Source: an uncultured Gemmatimonadales bacterium (GTDB taxonomy: Bacteria > Gemmatimonadota > Gemmatimonadetes > Gemmatimonadales > GWC2-71-9). From it: a stretch of 64,000 nt of DNA. The translations under genes and the position numbers were made by a program. The stretch lies in NCBI GenBank assembly GCA_963795085.1, contig CAWCFX010000004.1, positions 608,001-672,000 of the forward strand, given 5' to 3'. This document shows positions 28,990 through 38,459 of the stretch, piece by piece; the first letter of the stretch is position 1, and each line of letters starts with the position of its first letter. Under the pieces are notes generated by a model that did no database searches, was not told where the DNA came from, and saw only the letters and a list, made by a program, of their open reading frames with translations.

Positions 28990-28998
28990 CCGGGAAGC

Positions 28999-31287
28999 TT
29001 AATCGGGCCGGTCTCCCCCGAATACTACGAGTCCGAGCAACGCACCCAGCACCAGCGCCCCTTCCGGTTCCCGGCCGGGGCACTGATCGATGGCGCGCAG
29101 GAACTCCCGGGCAGGAAGTTCCATTACCTGCTCAAGCCAGAGCCGCTCACCGGCGGTGTGCCCTCTCCGCGCGAAGGCGATTCCCCGCTCCAGCGCTGCG
29201 ACCCGGGCTCCATCTCGCGCCTTTACCGCGTCCGCCGCCAGCCGGTTGAGCCTGCCGATCAGCTTCGTCTGCATGGTGGTGAGTGGACGGGACCACTGCG
29301 CCTGCTGGAAGGTCGAGAGGTAGTGCTGGAGTCCGGCTGCCGCGCGCGAAATGGCCTGGATACGGTCCTCGGAGGAGAGCCGGAGCCGGGTGCGCGACCC
29401 GGCAGCCTGCATGCGCCGCTCGACCCGTGCCAGGTCTTCCGACCAGGCGCCGTCCGGGCCGCAGGACGCCACGACCGATGCAAGCCGCCGCGGCCCATCG
29501 GGAGCCACCTCCACGATGGCGAAGCCCGCCAGCAACCCGGGCTCGCCATGAACGCCACAATACCCGGCAGGCCCGGACCCGAAGGGGCCTCCATGGCGCG
29601 CCACGACTTCCTCCCGCCGGGTCCAGTCCAGGGCCGCCTGCTCGATCCCGGCCTGGGTGGGGAGACGGCGTTTCCGGGCCAGGACCGGGAGCTGCTCCAG
29701 CCGGCGGCGGATGGGAGCGGGGAGGTTGAACCGGATGACTTCTACCCGTTCGTGACGGGATCCCCGGCGAATGGCGCGGCCGTCCCGCTGGTCGAGCCGA
29801 ACCGCGGTCCAGGGCAGATCGTAGTGGATCACCCGCTCGGCTCCCTGCAGGTCGAGTCCTTCCGCCAGGACATCCGTGGTAATCAGCACCCGGGGCCCGC
29901 CGGGCGGTGCCCCAGGCCCGAACCAGGACAGGATGGCCTGCCGGGCCATTCGCTGCCCACCGATGCCCGCGGATTCCCCAGTGCACCACGCCGATCCGGG
30001 CAAGTGGTTCCGGAGATACCGCACGGTGCCGCGCGCGCAGGTGAAGACCAGCGTGGTCCTGCCATCGGCGGTCATCCCGGCGAGGCGCTCACACCGCGGG
30101 TCCCTCCGCCGCTGGGCGGTTCTGGCCTGCTCGAGGAGCGTGTCCAGCAACGGCAGGTCATCCAGGCAGAGGTCGGTCAGCGAGGCGTCCGCGGGCATCA
30201 GGCTCCACATGATCAGCTGGTCGTCGTCCGGTGGAAGTATGCATCGCAGCGAGCGGCGGTCCAGCTCCAGCCCGACGGCGCGCGCATCCTGCGCGTGGGC
30301 CAGCAGGTTCCGGTAGCGCCGGAGCAGGTCGAGTAGCGCGGCATCGCTGGAGCCCAGCGCCCGCCAGAGCAGGGAGCGAAGCAGGACCCGGGTGGGTTCC
30401 CGGGGTGAGAGAGCCAGCTGTTCCAGTTGCCGGCACCGGCCCTCGAGGTCATCATCGCCGGGCGGCGGATCCACCTTGCGGCGAAGCCGTGCCGGCCGGC
30501 CGGACCCGTGCGCGGCCTGCCCTACGATCAACTCGCCCAGGGCTGGTGAAGCCCGGCCCGGCCGGCCCAGGTGGTCAGCGATCGACGCCACCCCGAACGG
30601 CGCCAGCGCATCGTCCCGCACGCCGAGGGCGAGCTGCGCGGCCAGGTCGGCCAATCGGTTCACGGCCGGTGTCGCGCTGAGAAGCAAAACCGTCCGGTTT
30701 ACCAGGCAGGGTGCCAGGACCCGGTAGCGCCGGCAGCCGGGTGAACGGTAGTGGTGGCTCTCGTCGATGATCACGAGCGTGGAGCCGAGTCCGGGCCGGA
30801 GCGTGGCTGGGACGTTGCCGCGGCTAAGCCGCTCATGCGACCAGGTCATAAGGGAGACGCCGGCGGAGCTTCCGGCGCGCCGCCATTGCTCCTGCAGCGC
30901 GGCGGGCAGCAGCACGGTCACCGGCCGGGTGTCGGGCCACAGGCTGGCCACGGCCAGGGCTACCCACGTCTTGCCGCTGCCAACCGGGTCGGCCAGCAGC
31001 GCACCGCGGAAGCGTTGGAGAATCGGCAGCAATCGCGCGCAGGAGTTCTGCTGTTCCGGGCGGAGCCACCCTGGCATTGGCCGGGGGTCGCGGGGGCGGG
31101 CCATCCCTGCGGCGATCTGCTGCACCACCCGCCGGGGCGAAGCCAAGCGGGGGTGAAGCAGCGTGCCCAGCGGCATCGGAACATCGCGGAGCGATTCGGC
31201 CACCAGTGCCGGCACCGGCTCACGCCAGGTTTCCCAGGGTGCGGAGGGATCCGGGGGGCAGATCGAGATGCATAGCGGCGAGGTCAT
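28999..31287 (-). CDS. SNF2-like SF2 helicase/ATPase (start uncertain)
   Basis: ALLADPVGSGKT, IIDESHH, LSATP, TDVLAEGLDLQ, YDLPW-QRDGR. Confidence 0.88.
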   Translation of the reverse strand: MTSPLCISICPPDPSAPWETWREPVPALVAESLRDVPMPLGTLLHPRLASPRRVVQQIAAGMARPRDPRPMPGWLRPEQQNSCARLLPILQRFRGALLADPVGSGKTWVALAVASLWPDTRPVTVLLPAALQEQWRRAGSSAGVSLMTWSHERLSRGNVPATLRPGLGSTLVIIDESHHYRSPGCRRYRVLAPCLVNRTVLLLSATPAVNRLADLAAQLALGVRDDALAPFGVASIADHLGRPGRASPALGELIVGQAAHGSGRPARLRRKVDPPPGDDDLEGRCRQLEQLALSPREPTRVLLRSLLWRALGSSDAALLDLLRRYRNLLAHAQDARAVGLELDRRSLRCILPPDDDQLIMWSLMPADASLTDLCLDDLPLLDTLLEQARTAQRRRDPRCERLAGMTADGRTTLVFTCARGTVRYLRNHLPGSAWCTGESAGIGGQRMARQAILSWFGPGAPPGGPRVLITTDVLAEGLDLQGAERVIHYDLPWTAVRLDQRDGRAIRRGSRHERVEVIRFNLPAPIRRRLEQLPVLARKRRLPTQAGIEQAALDWTRREEVVARHGGPFGSGPAGYCGVHGEPGLLAGFAIVEVAPDGPRRLASVVASCGPDGAWSEDLARVERRMQAAGSRTRLRLSSEDRIQAISRAAAGLQHYLSTFQQAQWSRPLTTMQTKLIGRLNRLAADAVKARDGARVAALERGIAFARRGHTAGERLWLEQVMELPAREFLRAIDQCPGREPEGALVLGALLGLVVFGGDRPD

Positions 31288-34225
31288 CGAGTTCGGCCTG
31301 CACAAATGAATGGGTGGTGGCGCGCCGGGCCCACGCGGCAAGGTCGGAGCTTCCTGGTACGGACGCCGGGAGCGGAAGACCCCCGACAATCCGGGCATTG
31401 AAGCGCCGGAATCCGCCGCTCGCCGGGTCGGCGGTGAGCCGCGCGAGCGCTCCCATCCAGCTGCTGTTGAGCCACGCCGCCAGCGCGAAGCACTGGGTCT
31501 CATCCGCCCGGATTGCGTAACAGGTGTTGAGCGGCACCGCCACTCTTTCCGGCTCCAGGGGCACCGCTCCAAGCCGCCGGGCCAGGTCGGCCCAGATGAC
31601 CCGGGGGCCCGGGGCAGCGCCCGCGGTGCGGAACAGCGCCCATGCCGGTCCGCTTCGATAGTCGGCCCGCGCCCGAAGGCGGTCGTCGTAGTGCGCCAGG
31701 TATCGGCCGGCCCGGGCTGGCAGCCGCTCGAGCGGTACGCCTGAGTCGGTGCAGGGCCAGAGCAGCGGCACCGTGCGAAGCAGGCGAAAGGGTCGGGTGT
31801 CCCGGCCCCGGATGGCTGGCCTGATCAGCCCCGGCTCGAGCGAAGCGGGAGGGTTCAGAAAAATCCGGTTGTCGCCCGTCTTTACTCCCAGGTGAATCGG
31901 AAAGCGGGACGCCACTGTCGGGAATCGAAGGGCCAGTTCGCGGGAGATTTCCATCCCGCCTCCACCGCGAAGGATCCACGGCCCCCCATCGAGATCGGAC
32001 TGTGCCGGCCCCGCCGGTACGGGTTGTCCCAGCCGGGTTCGGACCCGGTGATGAGGGGGAGGAGGCCGTTTGCTGGAGACGATGGCCATGGGATACACAG
32101 TGGCCTCGAACAACGCGCCTCCCTGGCTGCCCAGGTCTGCCACGGTATGCAGGGTGACATCGCGGCTCAGGGCCTGGCGGGCCCGGGAGGCATAGGCTGA
32201 CGAGGCGGTTTTCACGGGGACCAGCAGGCCCACCACCCCGTTCGGAGCAGCCAGTTCATGGGACCGTTCCATGAACGCGATGGCCAGGTCCGGCTGGTGC
32301 CGATACCCGGCGGCCATTGCGGGCGTGCTGCGCCACCAGCCATAGCGGGCGGCCAGGTGTTCCCGCACCCGGGCCGGAAGTTTCTCCGCGCGAACCCATG
32401 GCGGGTTGCCGATGACGATGTCAAAACCGCCCCGGTGGGCGAACACATCGGCGAAGTGCGACTCGTACTGAAACCAGCCGACCTCTCCCTCCTGTTCCAG
32501 CCGCCGCCCTGCCTGCCGCACCGGCAGGAGCCGCTGCCGCAACCCGCGAAGTCGCTCGGCAGCCACCCGGCCGGGGCGGCGCGTCACTCCAAAAAGGTCT
32601 GGCGTCCGCGCGTCAGCAATTGTCTCCCGGATGGCCCGGGTCAGGGCTGCCTCGGCCCGGTCCAGGCAGGCGCGCATGGCCACCTGTTCAGCCTGCCGGA
32701 GCGTGCGGGCGGCGGCCCGCTTCCCGACCCCGGTGGAGGCGATAAACGCCTTGCGAAGGTTCGCCAACGGCTCTCCCAACGCCCCGGGCCCTACCGGCAT
32801 TCGGGCCATCATGCCGAGCGGATCGGCAAGGCTATCACCCTGGCGAACCAGGCAATCGAGGTTGGGCAGGGGAGCGACTCGCTCCGGAATTCCGGGGCGC
32901 TCGGCGGCGATCACCGCGAGCCAGAGTCGCAGTTCGGTGAGGCGGACCGCCGTGGGATTGATATCTACCCCAAAGAGACTGGTCTGGAGAATGCGGCGCC
33001 GAAGACCGCTTCCAGATTCCCCGCCGCGGTGCAGCAGGTCCGCCAACCGTTCCAGGGCGGCAAGCAGAAACGCGCCCGATCCCACCGCCGGATCCAGGAG
33101 AGTCACCGAGGAAAGCAGCCGGCGAACCCGGGGATTCCGCTCGGCGAGCATTCGTGCCGCCTCGTCCGGCGCTATGCCGGGCGCGCCGGAGACCAACGCG
33201 AGGAGGCACTCATCCAGCAGGGCATTCACCAGCGCGGGCGGAGTATAGAACGTTCCGCTTCCCCGCCGCTCCCGCGGGGCCATCACGCCCTCGAATACCC
33301 TCCCCAGCATGTCGGGAGCGATGGCGCCGCCGGTGCCTTCGGTGGTCGTGAACTGGAAGCGCTCGAACAGGTCGTCGAAGACAGCGCGCCAGGCCAGGTT
33401 GGGGATGACCGGTTTGCGCCGCCGCTCCAGGGGATGGGGCTCGAAGAGGCCGCCATTGAGAAAGGGAATGCGTCCAAAGGCCCGGGTGGACCGGGACCGA
33501 TCGGCGGCCGGGCGGTTGAGGGTGCCGAAGAACAGGGGCTTGAGGAGATGGCGGTCCATCTCCTTGCCGCTGGCGAGGCAGCGGTCCACCTGCCGGCGGA
33601 GGAAGTCGGGCTGACCGTCGAGCCACCCCTTGCTCTGCACGAAGTAGAGGAAGAGAACCCGGTTCAGCTGGAGCAGGGCCAGGCTTCGGCATTCCGGGCC
33701 CGGGCCGCCGATGCACTGCGCTACCCGCTCCAGCTGCCGCTCGAAGGCGTGGAAGAACCGGCGCCCGATGCCTTCCATCGACAGGATCTCCGCCAGGCTC
33801 GCCGCGGTGGTGATCGGTGGCCCTGGCGCCAGGCGGGCGAGACGCTCGATGCACGTGGCCAGCACCGATTCATCATCCGCGGGCCGGAGGATCAATACCG
33901 GCAGACCTTCGAACGCCACCGAAAGCGCGAGCCCGTCCCCGGCCGGGTCAAAAGCAAGGACGACGGCCGGTTCCCCGCGGCGAAACAGCAGCCCGGCGAG
34001 TTTGCGGGCCGCTCGCGCGGGAGCAGCCGCAGCGGCGCCGACCACCGACAGACTGCCCAGCCTGCCCACCACCGCTGAGCCGGTGCAGGGCGGCGGATCC
34101 GCCTCCCGGCGCCGCCATGCGCTGAGCGGGACCGGCTCCCACGCCCGCTCGAAGTGCAGGATTGCGGCCAGTTGATGCAAGTCCCGGAGGGAGGTGACCG
34201 GGGGAAGAGCCGGGGGTGCGTTCAT
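31220..34225 (-). CDS. Large N6-adenine DNA methyltransferase (Eco57I/type IIG-like)
   Basis: IPFLNGGLFE, GTFYTP, LDPAVGSGAF, GVDINP, IGNPPW; GGAGG SD before ATG 34225. Confidence 0.9.
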   Translation of the reverse strand: MNAPPALPPVTSLRDLHQLAAILHFERAWEPVPLSAWRRREADPPPCTGSAVVGRLGSLSVVGAAAAAPARAARKLAGLLFRRGEPAVVLAFDPAGDGLALSVAFEGLPVLILRPADDESVLATCIERLARLAPGPPITTAASLAEILSMEGIGRRFFHAFERQLERVAQCIGGPGPECRSLALLQLNRVLFLYFVQSKGWLDGQPDFLRRQVDRCLASGKEMDRHLLKPLFFGTLNRPAADRSRSTRAFGRIPFLNGGLFEPHPLERRRKPVIPNLAWRAVFDDLFERFQFTTTEGTGGAIAPDMLGRVFEGVMAPRERRGSGTFYTPPALVNALLDECLLALVSGAPGIAPDEAARMLAERNPRVRRLLSSVTLLDPAVGSGAFLLAALERLADLLHRGGESGSGLRRRILQTSLFGVDINPTAVRLTELRLWLAVIAAERPGIPERVAPLPNLDCLVRQGDSLADPLGMMARMPVGPGALGEPLANLRKAFIASTGVGKRAAARTLRQAEQVAMRACLDRAEAALTRAIRETIADARTPDLFGVTRRPGRVAAERLRGLRQRLLPVRQAGRRLEQEGEVGWFQYESHFADVFAHRGGFDIVIGNPPWVRAEKLPARVREHLAARYGWWRSTPAMAAGYRHQPDLAIAFMERSHELAAPNGVVGLLVPVKTASSAYASRARQALSRDVTLHTVADLGSQGGALFEATVYPMAIVSSKRPPPPHHRVRTRLGQPVPAGPAQSDLDGGPWILRGGGGMEISRELALRFPTVASRFPIHLGVKTGDNRIFLNPPASLEPGLIRPAIRGRDTRPFRLLRTVPLLWPCTDSGVPLERLPARAGRYLAHYDDRLRARADYRSGPAWALFRTAGAAPGPRVIWADLARRLGAVPLEPERVAVPLNTCYAIRADETQCFALAAWLNSSWMGALARLTADPASGGFRRFNARIVGGLPLPASVPGSSDLAAWARRATTHSFVQAELDDLAAMHLDLPPGSLRTLGNLA

Positions 34226-34397
34226 GGGGCCTCCATGGAGGCCCAGCTTACCAGCCAACCGTCCGGGTACCGGGACCGGATTTACGCGGATCGGATCAAA
34301 AAAAGCCGGCCCGGCGGTGGGTTCCCCGAAACGGCCTCACGGGGTACCTTGGGGGGCCTGTTTTCTGACCGTTCGGCCCCCTCTTGAGCCAGGACTC

Positions 34398-36152
34398 ATG
34401 GCAAGACGACCATCCAGCGGCGGCCGGTCTTTCCTGAATCCGTTGGTTATCGCGCTGGCGTATGCCGTTCTCAGCGCGGCGTACATCGTGCTTTCCGACC
34501 GGCTGCTCGCCCTGTTCGGGGGCGATGCTTCGGTCGCCTATCTCACCCGGATCCAGACCCTCAAAGGCATTCTCTTCATTTCCCTGACGGCGGGGTTCAT
34601 CTACCTGCTGATCCGGATTGGCGTCCGCCAGGTTCACTCCACCAGGGACGCGCTGGAAGAGGCCGAAGCCCGTTACCTCCAGCTGTTCGAAAAGACCGGA
34701 GCCGTCATTCTGGTTGTGGACGGCACCACCGGGGCAATCATTGACGCCAACCGCTCGGCGGAACGGTTCTACGGGTGGAGCAAGGCGGAACTGGCGGGGA
34801 TGTCCTTTCGTGATCTCCAGGTTTCCCATGGGCCCCGGGTGAGCGGAGATTTCTTTGCCCGGCTGGAGGACAACCAGTTCAGCTACGGCCGGCAGCGCAC
34901 GGCGAGAAGCGGGGAACGGGACGTCGCGATCAACGTGACGCCGGTGGCGGCCGGCGGGCGGGTGACCGAATTCGTGCTGATTCACGACGTGACCGAGCGG
35001 CTCCTGCTGGAGAACCAGCTGCGGCAGTCTCAGAAGATGGAGGCGGTGGGGCAGCTGACCGGCGGAATTGCGCACGACCTCAACAACGTGTTGACTGTCG
35101 TGCTGGCCGCCGCCGACCTGATCGCCGCCGAGCTGCCCGAGGCGCAGGCGGACATGAAGACCGATCTCAACGACCTGCGTGCCGCGGCCCGGCGAGGCGC
35201 CGCGATGATCCGGAAGCTCCTCAGTTTCAGCCGGAACGCCAGCCTCCGGCTCTCCACGATGGACCTGGGCCAGGCGGTCGAGGAGCTGAAACCCATCCTC
35301 CGCCGGCTCCTGCCCGAGAGCATTACTCTCACATCGGAGGACCGGGCGGCCGGCATGATCAAGGCCGACCAGGTGGCGCTGGAGCAGATCGTCCTGAACC
35401 TCGCCACCAACGCTCGCGATGCCATGGGGGCCGGCGGAACTTTTCACCTGGAAACCGGGAGCGCCTGGCTCTACCCGACCGCCGAGCACCCGTGGGTCCA
35501 GCCCGGGTATTACGCCTACCTGAAGGCGAGTGATACCGGCGCCGGCATGGATGCGGCGACCCAGGCCCGGATGTTCGAGCCTTTCTTCACCACCAAGGCG
35601 CCGGTCGAGGGGTCAGGACTCGGCATGGCTATGGTGTACGGGCTGGTGAAGCAACATGCCGGGTTCGTCATCGTGGACAGCGCGCCGGGGGCCGGTACTA
35701 CGGTGGCCGTCTACCTGCCGCCGGCATCCAAGCTCGACCTGATGGAACAGGCCCGGGCCGAAATGCCCGCGGAGAAGAGCCTGACGGGGGAGACGATCCT
35801 GCTGGTTGAGGACGAAGATGCGTTGCGGCGGGCCGGGCAGCGGATCCTGGAGCGGCTCGGCTACGTGGTGGTGTGCGCCGTCGACGGAGAGCAGGGGCTC
35901 GAAGTGCTGGCGCAGCAGGGAGAGACGATTGACCTGGTCATCTCGGACGTGATCATGCCCCGAATCGGGGGCCGGGCCTTCTACGAGGCAGCCCGGACCC
36001 GGTACCCGGACCTGCGCTTCCTCTTTACCAGCGGGTACGCGCCATCATCGCCGGGGCAGGAGGCGCCGTTGCCCGATGTGCCGTTCATCCAGAAGCCGTG
36101 GACCTTTGACGAGCTGGGCAACAAGGTCCGGGAGGTGCTCGACCGGGTCTAG
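34398..36152 (+). CDS. PAS hybrid sensor histidine kinase
   Basis: Two TMs, PAS, AHDLNN, FFTTK, GSGLG, receiver SDVIMP. Confidence 0.92.
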   Translation: MARRPSSGGRSFLNPLVIALAYAVLSAAYIVLSDRLLALFGGDASVAYLTRIQTLKGILFISLTAGFIYLLIRIGVRQVHSTRDALEEAEARYLQLFEKTGAVILVVDGTTGAIIDANRSAERFYGWSKAELAGMSFRDLQVSHGPRVSGDFFARLEDNQFSYGRQRTARSGERDVAINVTPVAAGGRVTEFVLIHDVTERLLLENQLRQSQKMEAVGQLTGGIAHDLNNVLTVVLAAADLIAAELPEAQADMKTDLNDLRAAARRGAAMIRKLLSFSRNASLRLSTMDLGQAVEELKPILRRLLPESITLTSEDRAAGMIKADQVALEQIVLNLATNARDAMGAGGTFHLETGSAWLYPTAEHPWVQPGYYAYLKASDTGAGMDAATQARMFEPFFTTKAPVEGSGLGMAMVYGLVKQHAGFVIVDSAPGAGTTVAVYLPPASKLDLMEQARAEMPAEKSLTGETILLVEDEDALRRAGQRILERLGYVVVCAVDGEQGLEVLAQQGETIDLVISDVIMPRIGGRAFYEAARTRYPDLRFLFTSGYAPSSPGQEAPLPDVPFIQKPWTFDELGNKVREVLDRV

Positions 36153-36205
36153 TGCGGGCCTGGTGGACTGTATCCAAAGTTCCGGTCAGATGGGGAAGAA
36201 CTGGA

Positions 36206-36339
36206 TCACCACGGAGTCACGAAGTTCACGAAGGCAGCACGAAGAAACTTCATGCTGCCGCCAAGGTATTGGGATTGCGGCTCTTGAGCCCGCTACGGTG
36301 GGTGCTGCTACCTCCGTGTGCTTCGTGGCTCCGTGGTGA
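36206..36339. repeat. Intergenic inverted-repeat (REP/MITE-like) element built from CACG(G/A)AG units
   Basis: Left arm 36206-36240 TCACCACGGAGTCACGAAGTTCACGAAGGCAGCAC; reverse complement of right arm 36302-36339 TCACCACGGAGCCACGAAGCACACGGAGGTAGCAGCAC. Confidence 0.85.
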
Positions 36340-36379
36340 GCTGTTCGACAGCGCCTATCGAAACACGTGAGACAGCCCA

Positions 36380-36631
36380 CTAGTAGGCGTCCATTACCAT
36401 CAGGCTCAGGGCATCGAGCGCCTGGTGCTCCGGCAGGACGTTTCCCTTGTCATCGAATCGGATGTTCATCGCGCACAGTTCCTCGAGCGCGGTGCTCTCT
36501 TCGTTCTTGAGCTGAAGCAGGTACGGTTCTCCGCCTGCCCGGATCACGGCCAGCCGGTCGATAAGCCAGTCGGGCTTGTCGGTGGATTTCTCCAGGGCGG
36601 CAAGCATGTCGGGCGTCAGGGTCAGCTTCAT
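36380..36631 (-). CDS. Hypothetical 83-aa acidic protein
   Basis: GAGGA SD, ATGA overlap with the GT2 stop, GC3-rich codons. Confidence 0.7.
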   Translation of the reverse strand: MKLTLTPDMLAALEKSTDKPDWLIDRLAVIRAGGEPYLLQLKNEESTALEELCAMNIRFDDKGNVLPEHQALDALSLMVMDAY

Positions 36632-37836
36632 GGAGTCCTCGTTTTCTGATGTTGCCCCAGTTGGCCGGCCGCCGGCGTAGGGTCGGTCAATCCGCGGCCG
36701 CGACCTTCGATGTGCGAGTAGGTCCTGCCCCGCCACTCCACCGCCCGGCTTCCCCGCCAGATCGAGCGGCCAATGATGTACATGGACATTAACGCACCCA
36801 GCGGGAAGGCCAAGCCGTACCAGGGAGGAATGCCCAGGGCGACGCAACTGGCGGTCCAGAACAGGGTGCAGAGCGATGTGGCCAGCAGGGCCGCCTCGAG
36901 GCCCGGCACGGCGCCGGCCCCGGCCAGCGCCAGCCACGCAGGAGGCACCAGCCAGTACAGCAGTCCCAGCAGCAACCCGATGGGAGCGAAACGGCCGGTG
37001 AACGGGTTGTCCGGGAACGAGGCGCGGCTGCCGAGATAGAGGTTCTTGGACCAGCCTTCGATCAGGCCGCGGAGGCTGGTGTACATCCGGGTCTGGATCA
37101 GGCTCTCGGCGTGAGCCAGGTGAAGGGTGGCGCCGGTCCGCCAGAAGGCCTGGGCCAGGGCCAGGTCTTCGGCGACCTGGTCGCGAACCCGGTAATGGGT
37201 ACCCACGGCTTCGTAATGTTCCCGGCGCACCAGGATAAACTGGCCGTTCGCGATCACCTGACGCGACCGGCGGGCCCGGTTCACCGATGCCGGCGAAAAC
37301 CGCAGCGCCAGCATGAGCCCGATCTGGGGCATGATGACCCGCTCCCAGAACGTCAGGCAAACCTGGCGGGGGATCAGGCTGACCAGGTCCGCCCCAGCGG
37401 CTTGGAGGGCGCCTACCGCCCGTCCCAGCAGCCCCGGGTCATGCCGGGTGTCCGCATCGGTGAACAGGAGCAGGCTCCCGCTTGCCTCCCGATACCCCTG
37501 GTAGCAGGCCCACGGCTTGCCATACCAGCCCGCCGGCAGTTCGCTGCCCCGCACCAGCCGGAACCGGGTGTCCCGGGCCACGAACGACTCCGCCAGCCGG
37601 GCGGTCTCATCGGTTGACCGATCGTCCACCACCAGGACCTCGAAGCGATCGTACTCACTTCGTTGCAGCGACTCGAGCAACCCTTCGATGTTGTCCGCCT
37701 CGTTCCGGGCCGGCACGATGATGCTCACGAGGACACCACGGGCCGGCGGGGTGCGCGCAATGTCTGGTTTTCGGGGAATCAGCCGCAGGACCGCGAAGAA
37801 TGGCGCCAGCCATAGTATGCCGGGCAGAATGTTCAG
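36628..37836 (-). CDS. GT2 family membrane glycosyltransferase (CrtQ/HpnB-like); probable CTG start
   Basis: SIIVPARNE, VDDRSTD, WYGKPWAC, FTDAD, ANGQF, VAEDL, RMY-GWSKN. Confidence 0.85.
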   Translation of the reverse strand: MNILPGILWLAPFFAVLRLIPRKPDIARTPPARGVLVSIIVPARNEADNIEGLLESLQRSEYDRFEVLVVDDRSTDETARLAESFVARDTRFRLVRGSELPAGWYGKPWACYQGYREASGSLLLFTDADTRHDPGLLGRAVGALQAAGADLVSLIPRQVCLTFWERVIMPQIGLMLALRFSPASVNRARRSRQVIANGQFILVRREHYEAVGTHYRVRDQVAEDLALAQAFWRTGATLHLAHAESLIQTRMYTSLRGLIEGWSKNLYLGSRASFPDNPFTGRFAPIGLLLGLLYWLVPPAWLALAGAGAVPGLEAALLATSLCTLFWTASCVALGIPPWYGLAFPLGALMSMYIIGRSIWRGSRAVEWRGRTYSHIEGRGRGLTDPTPAAGQLGQHQKTRTP

Positions 37837-38369
37837 TTCTTGACCTCCCCTCGATTAGCTTTCCCGGTCGTTTCCGACAAGTCTTTCTCGAGGGCATCGA
37901 GTTGGCGGTTGATATCGTTGGAATCGAGCTCGGTGTCTCCGGACGGCACGCCGTTCTGCACGAACAACGTCGCCACCAGTGCGTCCGTGTACCCCACCAC
38001 GGCCACCGCGATCCCCTTGTCGAGGACGCGGTTCAGGCGGAGCATGGTGGCCATGCCCTGGCGGGCCCGCATGGCGGCCAGCACCGGCGAGAGGTTCCGG
38101 GTGAGCAGCTCGCGAAGAAATTGCATCTCTTCTACGACTTCTCCAGCCGCGAGGCCTCGGGCGGCGGCGACCCGGCCATAGTGCTCGCAGGCCTGGTACC
38201 AGATCTTCTTGACATCGCGCCGCATCGGGCCGACCATTTCGGTCATGACGTCAATGAGGAGCCGAAGCTCTCGCTCGACGGTAGGGCGGGGCACCGAGTG
38301 GGCGGACGTCATGCGGTCGCCCAGCCACGACGCCCACTGGGTTACCATCGGGTCGCGCAACTCGGCCAT
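37833..38369 (-). CDS. Hypothetical all-helical protein (RsbRD N-terminal-like)
   Basis: YGRVAAARGLAAGEVVEEMQFLRE resembles RsbRD_N helices; family call is tentative. Confidence 0.65.
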   Translation of the reverse strand: MAELRDPMVTQWASWLGDRMTSAHSVPRPTVERELRLLIDVMTEMVGPMRRDVKKIWYQACEHYGRVAAARGLAAGEVVEEMQFLRELLTRNLSPVLAAMRARQGMATMLRLNRVLDKGIAVAVVGYTDALVATLFVQNGVPSGDTELDSNDINRQLDALEKDLSETTGKANRGEVKN

Positions 38370-38459
38370 GGCGCGGCCGACGGCGAGGAGTGCTGGAATG
38401 GAAGCGCGCAGGCCGGAGACTCCGAGTGAACTGAGAGGGCAATCTACATGGGAGGTGGA

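Noticed and set aside
28336..31287. Helicase-MTase functionally linked to ppaX-DUF47-pit because of a 9-bp gap
   Set aside because: ppaX appears to have its own leaderless -10 (TAAGCT) overlapping the helicase stop, so proximity does not imply shared function
34298..34315. Terminator or attenuator upstream of the MTase (GCCGGGCCGGC-T7 on the minus strand)
   Set aside because: Stem is only 4 bp with a 3-nt loop; too weak to call
25385..34400. Genomic island integrated at tRNA-Asn carrying the MTase-helicase
   Set aside because: No integrase, no duplicated tRNA 3' end seen, and the intervening genes are housekeeping types
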